Shown here piece after piece: positions 45,590 through 54,923 of a stretch of DNA of 64,000 bases. The stretch is from an uncultured Candidatus Saccharibacteria bacterium (GTDB taxonomy: Bacteria > Patescibacteriota > CPR2 > UBA1875 > CAIMLA01). Each line of letters opens with the position of its first letter. Positions within the stretch are counted from its first letter, which is position 1. The stretch lies in NCBI GenBank assembly GCA_964501135.1, contig CAZCRI010000004.1, forward strand, positions 47,238 to 111,237, given 5' to 3'. The translations under genes were made by a program, and so were the position numbers. The notes below the pieces were generated by a model that searched no databases, had not been told where the DNA came from, and saw only the letters and a program-made list of their open reading frames with translations.

Positions 45590-45862
45590 CTATCGTACGG
45601 TTTCTTTGAGGTTCTTACCTGCGCGGAAGCGAGGCATCTTCATCTCAGGAATACGGATGATTTCTCCGCTCTGAGGATCTCTACCGCGGCGCGCGGCGCG
45701 CTTGCCGAGGTCGAAGGTACCAAAACCGGTGATGGCTACCTTTTCGCCCTTTTTCACAGTGCGAGTGACGACTTCTGTCAACTTATCGATGAAGGCGTCT
45801 ACCTCCTTCTTTGTATATGAAGTCTCCTTAGAAAGTACGTCGATTAGTTCTCTTTTTGTCAT
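45590..45862 (-). CDS. hup: DNA-binding protein HU
   Basis: HU/IHF signature; likely start at the Met of MTKRELIDVLSKE; motifs GFGTFDL and RNPQTGEII-like (RDPQSGEIIRIP). Confidence 0.9.
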   Translation of the reverse strand: MTKRELIDVLSKETSYTKKEVDAFIDKLTEVVTRTVKKGEKVAITGFGTFDLGKRAARRGRDPQSGEIIRIPEMKMPRFRAGKNLKETVR

Positions 45863-46052
45863 TTCTCTCCTTTCAGCCCACATGGACTTTGTTAATAACC
45901 CTACATATATATTATACATTAGATGTAAAGTTTTCTCGACTACAAAGGTAATATCCGAATCTGAGAAACAGCTGAGAAAGAAGTTATAAAGTAGAAAGTT
46001 TGCAAGTGCGTAAAGTTCTCTTCCGGCGTAAAATACTTTTTACCTGATAACT

Positions 46053-46838
46053 TTAGAAACTTTCAACTACTCGGTCGACCCTTTCGATGCTTTTCGCCTT
46101 ACAGTCATGGCCGAGGTCGACAACAACCGCATTTATCTGGATTGGGCCGTCTGCTAGTTCAAATTTCTGCGGCATGCTAGTGATGAATGTATTGAAGATG
46201 ATATCATCCCGAACCCCCAGAACTGATTCCATCGGGCCAGTAAAACCAACATCAGAAACTACTGCCGTGCCATGCGTAAGAACGCGTTGATCTGCTGTAG
46301 GGACATGAGTATGAGTACCGACAACCACAGAGGCCTTGCCATCTAGATAACGGCCGAGCGCCACCTTCTCACTACTCATCTCGGCATGAAAATCGACAAA
46401 GACATACTTACATTCTGGGTTGGCAGCGATAATCTCGTCAGCTGTGGTAAACGGTGACTTCACAACTGCCTTGATTTCGTGCTGGCCAAGAAGGTTGATG
46501 ATGAGCAATTTACCATAGCTCGTTTCCACCACCTTGAAGCCTTCACCCGGTGTACCCTCGAGATAATTTGCAGGTCGAATCAATGGCAAGCCGAGAGAAT
46601 CGATCTTGCTCGCAAAATCCTTCTGTCTCCAAATGTGGTTTCCGGTGGTAAAGAAATCTATACCAGCTGCCATCATCTCGCGAACTACCTTCTCGTCTAC
46701 GCCTACGCGATCAGAAAGGTGCTCGCCATTTGCAATCGTAAAATCGATGCCATATTCCTGACGCAGGCTAGGCAATATCTGTTTTACGGCCTCGCGACCA
46801 TTCTTACTTACAATGTCGGCAATAAATAAAATCTTCAT
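46053..46838 (-). CDS. ymdB: YmdB-family metallophosphoesterase (2',3'-cyclic-nucleotide phosphodiesterase-like)
   Basis: 261 aa; MKILFIADIV N-terminus, GNH motif; immediately downstream of rny, as in Firmicutes. Confidence 0.85.
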   Translation of the reverse strand: MKILFIADIVSKNGREAVKQILPSLRQEYGIDFTIANGEHLSDRVGVDEKVVREMMAAGIDFFTTGNHIWRQKDFASKIDSLGLPLIRPANYLEGTPGEGFKVVETSYGKLLIINLLGQHEIKAVVKSPFTTADEIIAANPECKYVFVDFHAEMSSEKVALGRYLDGKASVVVGTHTHVPTADQRVLTHGTAVVSDVGFTGPMESVLGVRDDIIFNTFITSMPQKFELADGPIQINAVVVDLGHDCKAKSIERVDRVVESF

Positions 46839-46840
46839 AT

Positions 46841-48367
46841 CTACTTGGCGTACTCGATTGCCCTAGTTTCACGGATTACGTTTACCTTGATCTGGCCTGG
46901 GTATTTGAGATCTGCCTCAATCTTTGTCGCTACATCCTTGGCAAGCTTGAGAGCCGTAAGGTCATCAATCTTTTCTGGAGTAACAAAGACACGAACTTCA
47001 CGTCCGGCCTGAATAGCGTATACTTTTTCGACGCCATCAAAGCCTTTGGCAATATTTTCGAGCTCAGTAAGACGCTTGATGTAGTTGTCGAGAGAGTCAC
47101 GACGAACACCAGGGCGTCCGGCAGAAATAGCATCGGAAACCTGGATAATAACTGCTTCTACAGTGTGGAAAGGAACTTCCTCGTGGTGAGCTTCAACGGC
47201 ATGGATAATTTCGTCGCTCATTCCGAATTTCTTACAAATATCGCGTGAAATGCTAGCGTGTGAACCTTCGATATCCTGGTCCACTGCCTTACCGATGTCG
47301 TGCAAGAGTCCAGCCTTCTTAGCAATTGCGACGTCGGCACCAAGCTCTGAAGCTAGTGCGCTCGCAAGCAATGCTGTCTCCACAGAGTGCTGCAATACAT
47401 TCTGAGAAAACGAAGTACGGAACTTTAGACGACCAAGAAGCTTGATCATCTCGGCAGGTAAGCCAGCAACGCCAGCTTCGTAAACAGCCTTTTCGCCGGC
47501 TTCCTTGATTTGTTTGTCAATCTCTTCCTGAGCCTTGAGAACCGCTTCCTCGATCTTGGTAGGATGGATACGACCGTCCTTGATTAGTTTCTCTAGAGCA
47601 ACTTTGGCGACATTACGACGCACTGGGTCGAAACCAGAGATTACGATCATTCCTGGAGTATCGTCGACGATAATGTCACAGCCAGTTGCCCGTTCAATAG
47701 CCTGAATATTGCGACCCTCACGTCCAATGATGCGACCCTTGATCTCGTCATTTGGAAGCGCCACAGCAGTAACGGTGCTCTCTGCAGTCTGCTCACCAGC
47801 AACACGCTGAATAGCAGTTACGAGAATCTCTCGTGCTTTTGTATCGGCCTCTTCTTTGGTCTCGCGCTCAATCTTGCTGATAAAGCTGACGATATCCTTG
47901 CGGTATTCCTTCTCCACCATCTGCATCAACTTCTCTTTGGCGTCTTCTTTGTTCAACTTGGCTATCTTCTCGAGCGCTTCCTGCTGACGTACACGAAGAT
48001 CGCGAAGATCGGTCTTGACGGCTTCGATATCTGCCTTGGCCTTATCGATGTCATCACGTTTCTTATCGAGTTCATCACTTTTCTTATCTAGAGTCTCTTC
48101 ACGTTGTGCAACACGACGTTCCTGAGCGGTAAGCTGATCTCTGCGCTCTCGCTCTTCTTTCTTTGCTGTGTCAGCAATCTTTAGAGCCTCATCCTTGGCG
48201 TCAAGGATTATCTCTTTGGCTTTTGTTTCTGCTTCGGCAATCTTTTTCTCTGCCTTGCCTTCTGCATTCTGGACGTCCTTGGCCATCTGAGTCTTGCGAT
48301 ATGTATAACCGCCGAAACCACCAACGCCAAGAGCTACTACAGCAAATACGATGCTTAGTAATTCCAT
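46841..48367 (-). CDS. rny: Ribonuclease Y
   Basis: 508 aa; N-terminal TM, coiled-coil, KH domain (GREGRNIQAIE), HD domain (LLHDIGK). Confidence 0.95.
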   Translation of the reverse strand: MELLSIVFAVVALGVGGFGGYTYRKTQMAKDVQNAEGKAEKKIAEAETKAKEIILDAKDEALKIADTAKKEERERRDQLTAQERRVAQREETLDKKSDELDKKRDDIDKAKADIEAVKTDLRDLRVRQQEALEKIAKLNKEDAKEKLMQMVEKEYRKDIVSFISKIERETKEEADTKAREILVTAIQRVAGEQTAESTVTAVALPNDEIKGRIIGREGRNIQAIERATGCDIIVDDTPGMIVISGFDPVRRNVAKVALEKLIKDGRIHPTKIEEAVLKAQEEIDKQIKEAGEKAVYEAGVAGLPAEMIKLLGRLKFRTSFSQNVLQHSVETALLASALASELGADVAIAKKAGLLHDIGKAVDQDIEGSHASISRDICKKFGMSDEIIHAVEAHHEEVPFHTVEAVIIQVSDAISAGRPGVRRDSLDNYIKRLTELENIAKGFDGVEKVYAIQAGREVRVFVTPEKIDDLTALKLAKDVATKIEADLKYPGQIKVNVIRETRAIEYAK

Positions 48368-48605
48368 ACTTTCTCCTTCCTTCCCTGAATATCAGGTGCT
48401 TTTCATAAAAGCTGACACGCTAGCCGTCTTCTAGAAGATTCCGCAAACTATGCGGGCTTTCTATTCGATTGAGTACATCTTTTCTAAGATTGTTTATGTG
48501 TAAAGTGAAAATTTGTAATTTAAGGCCAGGAATGTCAACTAGTTTGTTTACTAATTTACATCGCTATTATACGACTTTTGGCACCTTTTAGCAAATGAGA
48601 TTTTC

Positions 48606-48660
48606 CAGTAAAAAGAAACAACGGCCGCGACCCGCTGTTCCTCAGAACAGGGATCACGAC
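48606..48660 (-). terminator. Long GC-rich imperfect hairpin followed by a U-rich tract on the minus transcript; probable terminator of the island-2 gene
   Basis: Minus-sense GGUCGUGAUCCCUGUUCUGAGGAACAGCGGGUCGCGGCC then GUUGUUUCUUUUU; 12 nt after the stop at 48672. Confidence 0.45.
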
Positions 48661-48671
48661 CGTTCGTGTAG

Positions 48672-48983
48672 TTATCGCTTGGACCAGTGGCCCTCGAACT
48701 TCCCTCCGTTGACCTCGCAGTAGTGTGACTCCGCGGCACTTTTGGCCGTGGGCATGTACGGCTCCACTGCATCCAGCAGCGGGCCGTCAAAGTCCCCGAT
48801 GTGAACCTGGTACTGCATCCTGTCCTTCTCGTCCCTGACGGGGATCCCATCGTCAGTGTAGAGCTTCTCGACGTAGTACAGAATGTTCCCTTCTTCGTCG
48901 ACCAGCTTGGCATCGCGTGAGTTGATCCAGACCCATTGGAGCTTGCGCCCTGATATCCGGATGTTGTTCTGGCTAGCAGCCAA
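48672..48983 (-). CDS. Hypothetical small protein encoded on high-GC island 2 (no family assignment)
   Basis: 103 aa; TTG start preceded by consensus SD AAGGAGGTG with 5-nt spacer. The overlapping 146-aa ORF (48551..48991) is a Ser/Thr/Arg-rich out-of-frame artefact. Confidence 0.6.
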   Translation of the reverse strand: MAASQNNIRISGRKLQWVWINSRDAKLVDEEGNILYYVEKLYTDDGIPVRDEKDRMQYQVHIGDFDGPLLDAVEPYMPTAKSAAESHYCEVNGGKFEGHWSKR

Positions 48984-49164
48984 CCTGACACCTCCTTATG
49001 GTCTTTGTCTCAGCTCCCGCCAAGATTTAACAAACAGGACAATTCCGTATATCACAGGCCATCGCACCAGACCCTTGGGCGGTGCGACAAGCTCGAGATT
49101 CCTGGACCTTCGACGTGCAGACTGTACAAACCCGCTCGGGGTACGATCTGCCATATGGCAACAC

Positions 49165-49581
49165 CTACCCCTTCGGTTTCGGTTGTGTAATGTGAGGTTC
49201 AGCACCATAGTGCGGTACTACTACCCCTTCAAATGATGCGCCACGTGATTCTAGCACGGTTTTTCCTTTTTGTAAAAGCTTATCGGTGTCTGTTTCGTCT
49301 GCAACCCCCGCTATCGGGATGTCATATGTATAGGCAATAGTATTGGCCACCGAGAGACCGATGCGCAAACCAGTAAATGACCCCGGGCCAGCGTTCACAA
49401 TAATGCCAGTTATCCCCTTATTTAAAGCGTTATTATCCGTAGTAGGTAATACAGTTTGAAGTTTTTGTATAATAAGTTTATTCAATTCTCGACCAGCGAC
49501 AAAAGCCTCTTTTGCGAACCATTTTTGGTCCCAAAGACCAATAAACGCGTTTTCGCTAGCGGTATCGAACACTAAGACCAT
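49165..49581 (-). CDS. tsaB: tRNA threonylcarbamoyladenosine biosynthesis protein TsaB (YeaZ), unusually short
   Basis: 138 aa; MVLVFDTASENAFIGL and GPGSFTGLRIGLSVANTIAY motifs; typical TsaB is longer, and the 3' end abuts the high-GC island. Confidence 0.75.
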   Translation of the reverse strand: MVLVFDTASENAFIGLWDQKWFAKEAFVAGRELNKLIIQKLQTVLPTTDNNALNKGITGIIVNAGPGSFTGLRIGLSVANTIAYTYDIPIAGVADETDTDKLLQKGKTVLESRGASFEGVVVPHYGAEPHITQPKPKG

Positions 49582-50042
49582 TCGGCACCTACTTTCGAGA
49601 AAGTAATTACCCTGTTGTCATCATCGGTATAAGAAAAATTCACCAGGTAGTGGTTCTTGCTCGCAAGTATCGTCATATTCTCTGGCCATTCGATAACCGT
49701 GATGTCTAGCGGTGACGTGACGTATTCCTCGATCTGAGACTGAATCTCTCGGTCTTCATGAGTTCTGTAGAGGTCAAGATGATGCAGAGTAAAGGTCTTC
49801 CCCTGATAAGTCCGCTCAATTGTGAAAGTCGGACTCACCACGGTCTCGGAAATTCCCAGTGCTTTGGCGATACCCTTGGTAAACTGAGTTTTACCACCGC
49901 CAAGCTCCCCGGTAAGTAATACTAGGTCGCCACCTTTAAGGGTGATTCCTAGCTCTTCCCCGAGCTTAGTCGTTTCGGTGGCGGATTTTGTCGTATAATT
50001 TGCTCGCATAACCTCTATTCTCCCAGAGATTATACCCGACAA
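49572..50042 (-). CDS. tsaE: tRNA threonylcarbamoyladenosine biosynthesis ATPase TsaE (YjeE)
   Basis: 156 aa; P-loop GELGGGKTQFTKGIAKALGI, SPTFTI motif. Confidence 0.85.
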   Translation of the reverse strand: MSGIISGRIEVMRANYTTKSATETTKLGEELGITLKGGDLVLLTGELGGGKTQFTKGIAKALGISETVVSPTFTIERTYQGKTFTLHHLDLYRTHEDREIQSQIEEYVTSPLDITVIEWPENMTILASKNHYLVNFSYTDDDNRVITFSKVGAEWS

Positions 50043-51192
50043 GAAGCAAAACTGCCAAAGATATCAGTGCGTAGCCAAGTAGCTGATTATTACCCCCTAC
50101 ACGTAAGCTCGCGCCCTTTACTTCCTCTTTCGCTATACTAGGAGCGGTGCTAATTGTGGCCTCATTATCACCCACAGAATTCGCTGAGGCCACCGAAACT
50201 GCCTTGGTAGCGGCAGTTTTCACTTTCTTGGTTGTAGATTTGGCAGCAGTTGCCACCGGCTCCTCGACTTCTACGGTATCGGTAAAAATGTTTTGTGCCC
50301 CAGGAGTTGCCGATTTCGTCCAAATATACTCACTCCCGAAGAGAGACAAACTGTTACCCTCGTCGGCATTACCATAATCTCCGCCGCTATCGGCAAGCAA
50401 ATTATCGCTTCCGTCACGAAGTTCCAGCCAATCACCAGTATTATTTAGCGTGATTTTGGTCGTGTCCTGACCAAAAACCTTGTATTGAAATGGCTCCAGG
50501 ACATCAGTATCGGGGAAGAAATAGCAGTGAACACTTCCCACGGCATCGCAAACCTTGAGCCCAGAGAGCGAAACCGGGAGGCTGGTCGGGTTAAATAATT
50601 CGAACCATTCCTTGCCCTCACTTGGTGCCGGCATGAGCTCACTGATCGATATCTTATCTGCATTTGGATCTAGGGTGGCTACTTTGAAATTCGAAACAAA
50701 ATCGTCAAAATTTACGTTTGTATCCTGGGTTCTAACTAATTGCTCGTCAGCCGCGGGATTGGGAAGCGGCGCTCCCTCAAAAGTATTCGCTTCGCCATAC
50801 CCCACGAGGTCGACAATGCCTTTATCGGGAGCAACGATCGCCACGGAGTTATCGGCCGTCAACGAATAGCTGCTCGTAGAGTATAGATAATTTGAAATCC
50901 CCACATACTTCGAATTTGCTATTACTATCACCTGCCCAGGATAAATAGTGACCCCTATGAATTTATACAGTGTATTCCAGCTAGTTGCGCTCTTGGTCTT
51001 TCTCGAAATTGAATAATTTGTTAATTCTAAAGGCGTTGTGCCGTCGTTCGAGATGGAGACAAATTCATCGTATGCGCTCTCTCCGGCGATTTGAAAAGCA
51101 TGAATATGAAGAGCGGATGTTGCTGCGCTCACAGTAAGCGGCGACATCAGAAGAGCCAATACAAGGGTTACCCAAAAGTAGTACCTTTTCAT
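49966..51192 (-). CDS. Secreted/membrane-anchored protein with two lamin-tail-domain (LTD)-like repeats
   Basis: 408 aa; signal peptide; repeats HIHAFQIAGESAYDEFVSISN... and ISELMPAPSEGKEWFELFNPT...; C-terminal TM anchor. Confidence 0.6.
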   Translation of the reverse strand: MKRYYFWVTLVLALLMSPLTVSAATSALHIHAFQIAGESAYDEFVSISNDGTTPLELTNYSISRKTKSATSWNTLYKFIGVTIYPGQVIVIANSKYVGISNYLYSTSSYSLTADNSVAIVAPDKGIVDLVGYGEANTFEGAPLPNPAADEQLVRTQDTNVNFDDFVSNFKVATLDPNADKISISELMPAPSEGKEWFELFNPTSLPVSLSGLKVCDAVGSVHCYFFPDTDVLEPFQYKVFGQDTTKITLNNTGDWLELRDGSDNLLADSGGDYGNADEGNSLSLFGSEYIWTKSATPGAQNIFTDTVEVEEPVATAAKSTTKKVKTAATKAVSVASANSVGDNEATISTAPSIAKEEVKGASLRVGGNNQLLGYALISLAVLLLVGYNLWENRGYASKLYDKIRHRND

Positions 51193-51252
51193 TCCCCCTC
51201 CGTGTTATTTTTATCTTACACAGGGGGAAAATACGTGTCAAGTAGACAGCCC

Positions 51253-51780
51253 TTAATTCAAATATAGTGCCTGATAGTTGTATTTCGAAAGGCCTGGTTC
51301 CAAGTCGGCATATTTTTTGCCGCAGAGCATACCGCCGGCCAGAAATTCCTCTTGAGTTACATCAGCGAGACAAAAATCAGGCATCTCGAAATTATCCTTA
51401 TCGGTTTCGTTGTCAAATTCAAAATCAACAACAACGAGGCCAAGCAAATCATCCTGATATACGTCGATTTCAGCATTTCTACCCTGGTACGGGTATAAAT
51501 AACGACGTTTGCAAAACTTTTTCCCACCAGCCTTCACTAGGTCCAAATACTCGTCCTCGGTAAGTGGAATCGTGTTTTCTATCTGCTTCGAAGAGTCAGT
51601 GCCATCCACGGGTGTCTTCTTTGTGATTTCATACTTGTCTCCTCTTTTGCGTAAGCGCAATCTAGGATGAACTGTCTCTTCCGGAAAGAAAGCATCTGAG
51701 ACTACTATGTACTCCTTATCTTTCAAGTCCTCAGGTAAAAATTTTGCCAAATAGGTTCTCTCGAGCTCGATTTCTTTCAT
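51253..51780 (-). CDS. CYTH-domain protein (triphosphate tunnel metalloenzyme)
   Basis: 175 aa; N-terminal MKEIELERTYL (EXEXK-type), R/K-rich tunnel residues. Confidence 0.65.
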   Translation of the reverse strand: MKEIELERTYLAKFLPEDLKDKEYIVVSDAFFPEETVHPRLRLRKRGDKYEITKKTPVDGTDSSKQIENTIPLTEDEYLDLVKAGGKKFCKRRYLYPYQGRNAEIDVYQDDLLGLVVVDFEFDNETDKDNFEMPDFCLADVTQEEFLAGGMLCGKKYADLEPGLSKYNYQALYLN

Positions 51781-51794
51781 AAATTCTCCTTTCT

Positions 51795-52874
51795 TTAAGA
51801 AATATACATGGCATCGCCATAAGAGTAAAATCGATATTTTTTCTCAATCGCATAAGTATAAGCCGCACGAATGTTTTCGGCCCCCGCAAAAGCAGAAACA
51901 AGAAGCAGTAAGGACGACTTTGGCAAATGAAAATTGGTAATCATGGCGTCAACAAACTTGTACTTATACCCTGGGAAAATATAGATAGAGGTTTCGCCTG
52001 AATTCGGCATGAGTACATATCCCAGGTTACCTGGATTCTGCATTCCGCAAGCCTGACATGGCACAGAGGCACTTTCTAGCACCCTTACCGTAGTGGTACC
52101 GACAGCGATTATCCGCCTTCCATCAGCTTTTGCTTTATTTATCCTAGTCGCGGTCTCCGGATCAATCTCATAGTATTCGCTGTGGATCTGGAAATCTTCA
52201 ATATTTTCCTTATCTATAGGCTGAAAGGTGCCCAAGCCGACGTGCAGCGTGACATACTCTATCTGAACACCTTTTTTATACAAATTTGCCAAAAGCTCAT
52301 CGGTAAAATGAAGTCCTGCAGTGGGAGCTGCTACAGAACCTTCGCTCTTGGCATAAACCGTTTGATACTCCTGATTGTCGCTTGGCTCATCATGTTTCTC
52401 CCCTCTCGCCTTTAGGATGTATGGCGGGACAGGCATCTCCCCAATCTCAGCAAGGGCTGCAAAAAGTGCTGCGCCAGAAACGCTAAACTCTAGGAAGAAG
52501 ATATCTTCCTTCCGTTCCAAATATTTCGCCGATAGCTTGTTCGAGAAGATAATGGTTTCACCTGGCGCTAATTTCTTGCCATTTCGCACCCAACACTCCC
52601 AAACCGAATCGTGCGCGTTTTTTACAAGCAAAAATTCGTGCTTTCGGATATTTCCGATTACATTACCAAACAGACGTGCTGGAATTACCTTAGAATTGTT
52701 GAGGACCAGAACATCATTTGGCCCTAATATTTCGGTAAGGTCAGAAAACGCCCGATCTTCGAGAGCACCACTGTCCCTATCGAGCACCAGTAGACGCGCT
52801 GAATCTCGCGGTTCCGCAGGGGAAATCGCGATTAGTTCTTCGGGCAAATTGTAATCAAGTTCACTTGTTTTCAT
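51795..52874 (-). CDS. queA: S-adenosylmethionine:tRNA ribosyltransferase-isomerase
   Basis: ELDYNLPEELIAISPAEPRDSARLLVL N-terminus and full-length QueA similarity; the ORF track's 21-aa N-terminal extension is unlikely. Confidence 0.9.
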   Translation of the reverse strand: MKTSELDYNLPEELIAISPAEPRDSARLLVLDRDSGALEDRAFSDLTEILGPNDVLVLNNSKVIPARLFGNVIGNIRKHEFLLVKNAHDSVWECWVRNGKKLAPGETIIFSNKLSAKYLERKEDIFFLEFSVSGAALFAALAEIGEMPVPPYILKARGEKHDEPSDNQEYQTVYAKSEGSVAAPTAGLHFTDELLANLYKKGVQIEYVTLHVGLGTFQPIDKENIEDFQIHSEYYEIDPETATRINKAKADGRRIIAVGTTTVRVLESASVPCQACGMQNPGNLGYVLMPNSGETSIYIFPGYKYKFVDAMITNFHLPKSSLLLLVSAFAGAENIRAAYTYAIEKKYRFYSYGDAMYIS

Positions 52875-53048
52875 ATATCTGCTAAAATACTCATGAAAGT
52901 ATAGCAGACTTAGTGGGTAAAAACACGGGGGGTACAACTGAATCTCGACTCAGAGCAGCTCAAATCGCTGCTTGCTAAAAATAATGTTGCCACTAGAGAA
53001 AAACTCGACGAACTGCAAAAAATTGCGGACGGCAGTAAAGAGTCTCTT

Positions 53049-54923
53049 TTGGATGTGCTCTACCAGAAAAAAGTAATCAACGAAAAAGAATTTTATAAAC
53101 TCTACGCAGTAGAGATTGGCAGTGAATATACCGAGCTCGGGACTACCCAGATTCCAAAAGAAATCCTAGAAAAACTTCCAGAACGTGTCTCCCGCCGTTA
53201 CCAAGCGGTAATCTTTGCCGAAGACGATGGCCACTACAAGGTCGCCATGGCTGACCCTAGCGACGTGGAGGCTGTTCAATCCATTCAGAAACAGTGTGGC
53301 TTTGATATCAAAATATATCTCGCTACCCCTTCAGACGTTTCCAATGCTATAGAACAGTACAAAGAAGGGCTAAGCACCGAGATCTCCAAGGCAATCAAGG
53401 AAACTGAAGAAGAAATCCAGATCGATAAGGAGGAGCTCGACGCCGACACCTCCGCAGATAACGTCGAAGCTATCATCTCTGAGGCTCCAATTGCTAGGGC
53501 GGTGAACATCCTGATCGAATATGGAGTGAAATCGAGAGCTTCAGACATCCACATTGAACCCCGCGAAGGTTTTGTACAAGTACGCTACCGGGTAGACGGA
53601 ATTCTAAAAGACACTATGACGCTACCAAAAGCTCTCATGGCCTCGATTGTTTCCCGTATCAAAATATTATCGAGCCTCCGTATCGACGAGCACCGTATAC
53701 CACAGGACGGACGTATAAAACTAAAGATTGGCAGTACAAACATCTCTATCCGTGTCTCGACACTTCCTGTAATGGATGGTGAGAAGGTCGTGATGCGTCT
53801 TTTGGACGAGTCTGCACGGGCACTTACACTTGAGGAGCTTGGATATAAGGGACAAGCCCTAATTGCCATTGAGCGGGCTCTTAAGAAGCCACACGGCATG
53901 CTATTAGTGACCGGACCTACCGGATCCGGTAAATCAACTACCCTTTATAGCGTCCTATCCTCCTTAAATACTATTGGCGTTAATATTTCTACGGTCGAAG
54001 ACCCGGTCGAGTACCGCATTCAAGGCATCAATCAAACGCAGGTGTCGAGCAAAGTCGGAATGACTTTCTCCTCTGGCCTCAGGGCTCTCTTGCGTCAGGA
54101 TCCAGACATTATCATGGTTGGGGAAATTCGCGATGCCGAGACTGCAGAAATGGCGGTTCATGCTGCTCTTACTGGACACGTCGTACTGTCCACCCTCCAT
54201 ACCAACAACGCTGCTGGCTGTCTTCCTCGTTTACTTGACATGGAAATTGAGCCCTTCCTAATTGCAAGTACTGCAAACGCTGTCATTGGCCAACGTCTTG
54301 TGCGCAAGCTCTGCCCGCACTGCAGCGAAACCTACACCCCAGACGAAAAAGTTGTTGCAGACATCATTAATAACTTTGGCTTACGTACCGACTTTTTGAC
54401 CAGTAAAAACAAGACCGTAGCTCAGGATATCAAGGTTGCTCCAGAACCAAAGGCCGGGGGCCTGGTAGGTGAAAGAAAAATTGCGGTTCCTGCCGACCTG
54501 AAGATTGACGAGAAGTCGATTCTCGATAAGATCTCCGAGGATCCAGATATGGTAAATCGTAGTGCCAAAGAAGCCGAAGAGATTATTCTTCGTAACAAGA
54601 TCTTTCTTACCGAAACCGAGCGTGCCGCCCAGGACAAGAAGCCCGAGACCCAACATAAACCAGGCGAACTCAGCCTTACACTCTATCGGAGCAAAGGGTG
54701 CGGCAAATGTGACGGTTCTGGCTACCTTGGTCGTATGGGTATCTATGAAGTGCTAGAAGTCGATGATGAAATCGGCAAACTTATCGTTAGTCACGCTACG
54801 ACTGAAGAAATCCAAAGAGTGGCAATCGACAACGGTATGATTACGATGCAACAAGATGGCTTCCTAAAATGTCTTGAAGGCATTACGACCGTTGAGGAAG
54901 TACTAAGGGTAACGAGGGAATAA
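53049..54923 (+). CDS. pilB: Type IV pilus assembly ATPase PilB (GspE family)
   Basis: 624 aa as called (TTG start); Walker A GPTGSGKSTT, Asp/His boxes, C-terminal tetra-Cys zinc motif CPHC...CGKC. The in-frame N-terminal-domain-like sequence continues upstream to 52914 with no canonical start. Confidence 0.9.
   Translation: MDVLYQKKVINEKEFYKLYAVEIGSEYTELGTTQIPKEILEKLPERVSRRYQAVIFAEDDGHYKVAMADPSDVEAVQSIQKQCGFDIKIYLATPSDVSNAIEQYKEGLSTEISKAIKETEEEIQIDKEELDADTSADNVEAIISEAPIARAVNILIEYGVKSRASDIHIEPREGFVQVRYRVDGILKDTMTLPKALMASIVSRIKILSSLRIDEHRIPQDGRIKLKIGSTNISIRVSTLPVMDGEKVVMRLLDESARALTLEELGYKGQALIAIERALKKPHGMLLVTGPTGSGKSTTLYSVLSSLNTIGVNISTVEDPVEYRIQGINQTQVSSKVGMTFSSGLRALLRQDPDIIMVGEIRDAETAEMAVHAALTGHVVLSTLHTNNAAGCLPRLLDMEIEPFLIASTANAVIGQRLVRKLCPHCSETYTPDEKVVADIINNFGLRTDFLTSKNKTVAQDIKVAPEPKAGGLVGERKIAVPADLKIDEKSILDKISEDPDMVNRSAKEAEEIILRNKIFLTETERAAQDKKPETQHKPGELSLTLYRSKGCGKCDGSGYLGRMGIYEVLEVDDEIGKLIVSHATTEEIQRVAIDNGMITMQQDGFLKCLEGITTVEEVLRVTRE

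Noticed and set aside
45209-45820. N-terminal extension of ORF 44623..45456 (GLEPP..., KGIEPLS...) and plus ORF 45323..45820
   Set aside because: These are translations across the tRNA-Gly/Arg/His genes, giving conserved tRNA-derived peptides. The real kinase-like gene starts at 45208. The plus ORF is not coding.
48551-48991. 146-aa minus-strand ORF overlapping the island-2 gene in another frame
   Set aside because: Ser/Thr/Arg-rich out-of-frame artefact of GC-rich DNA. The 103-aa frame has the consensus SD.
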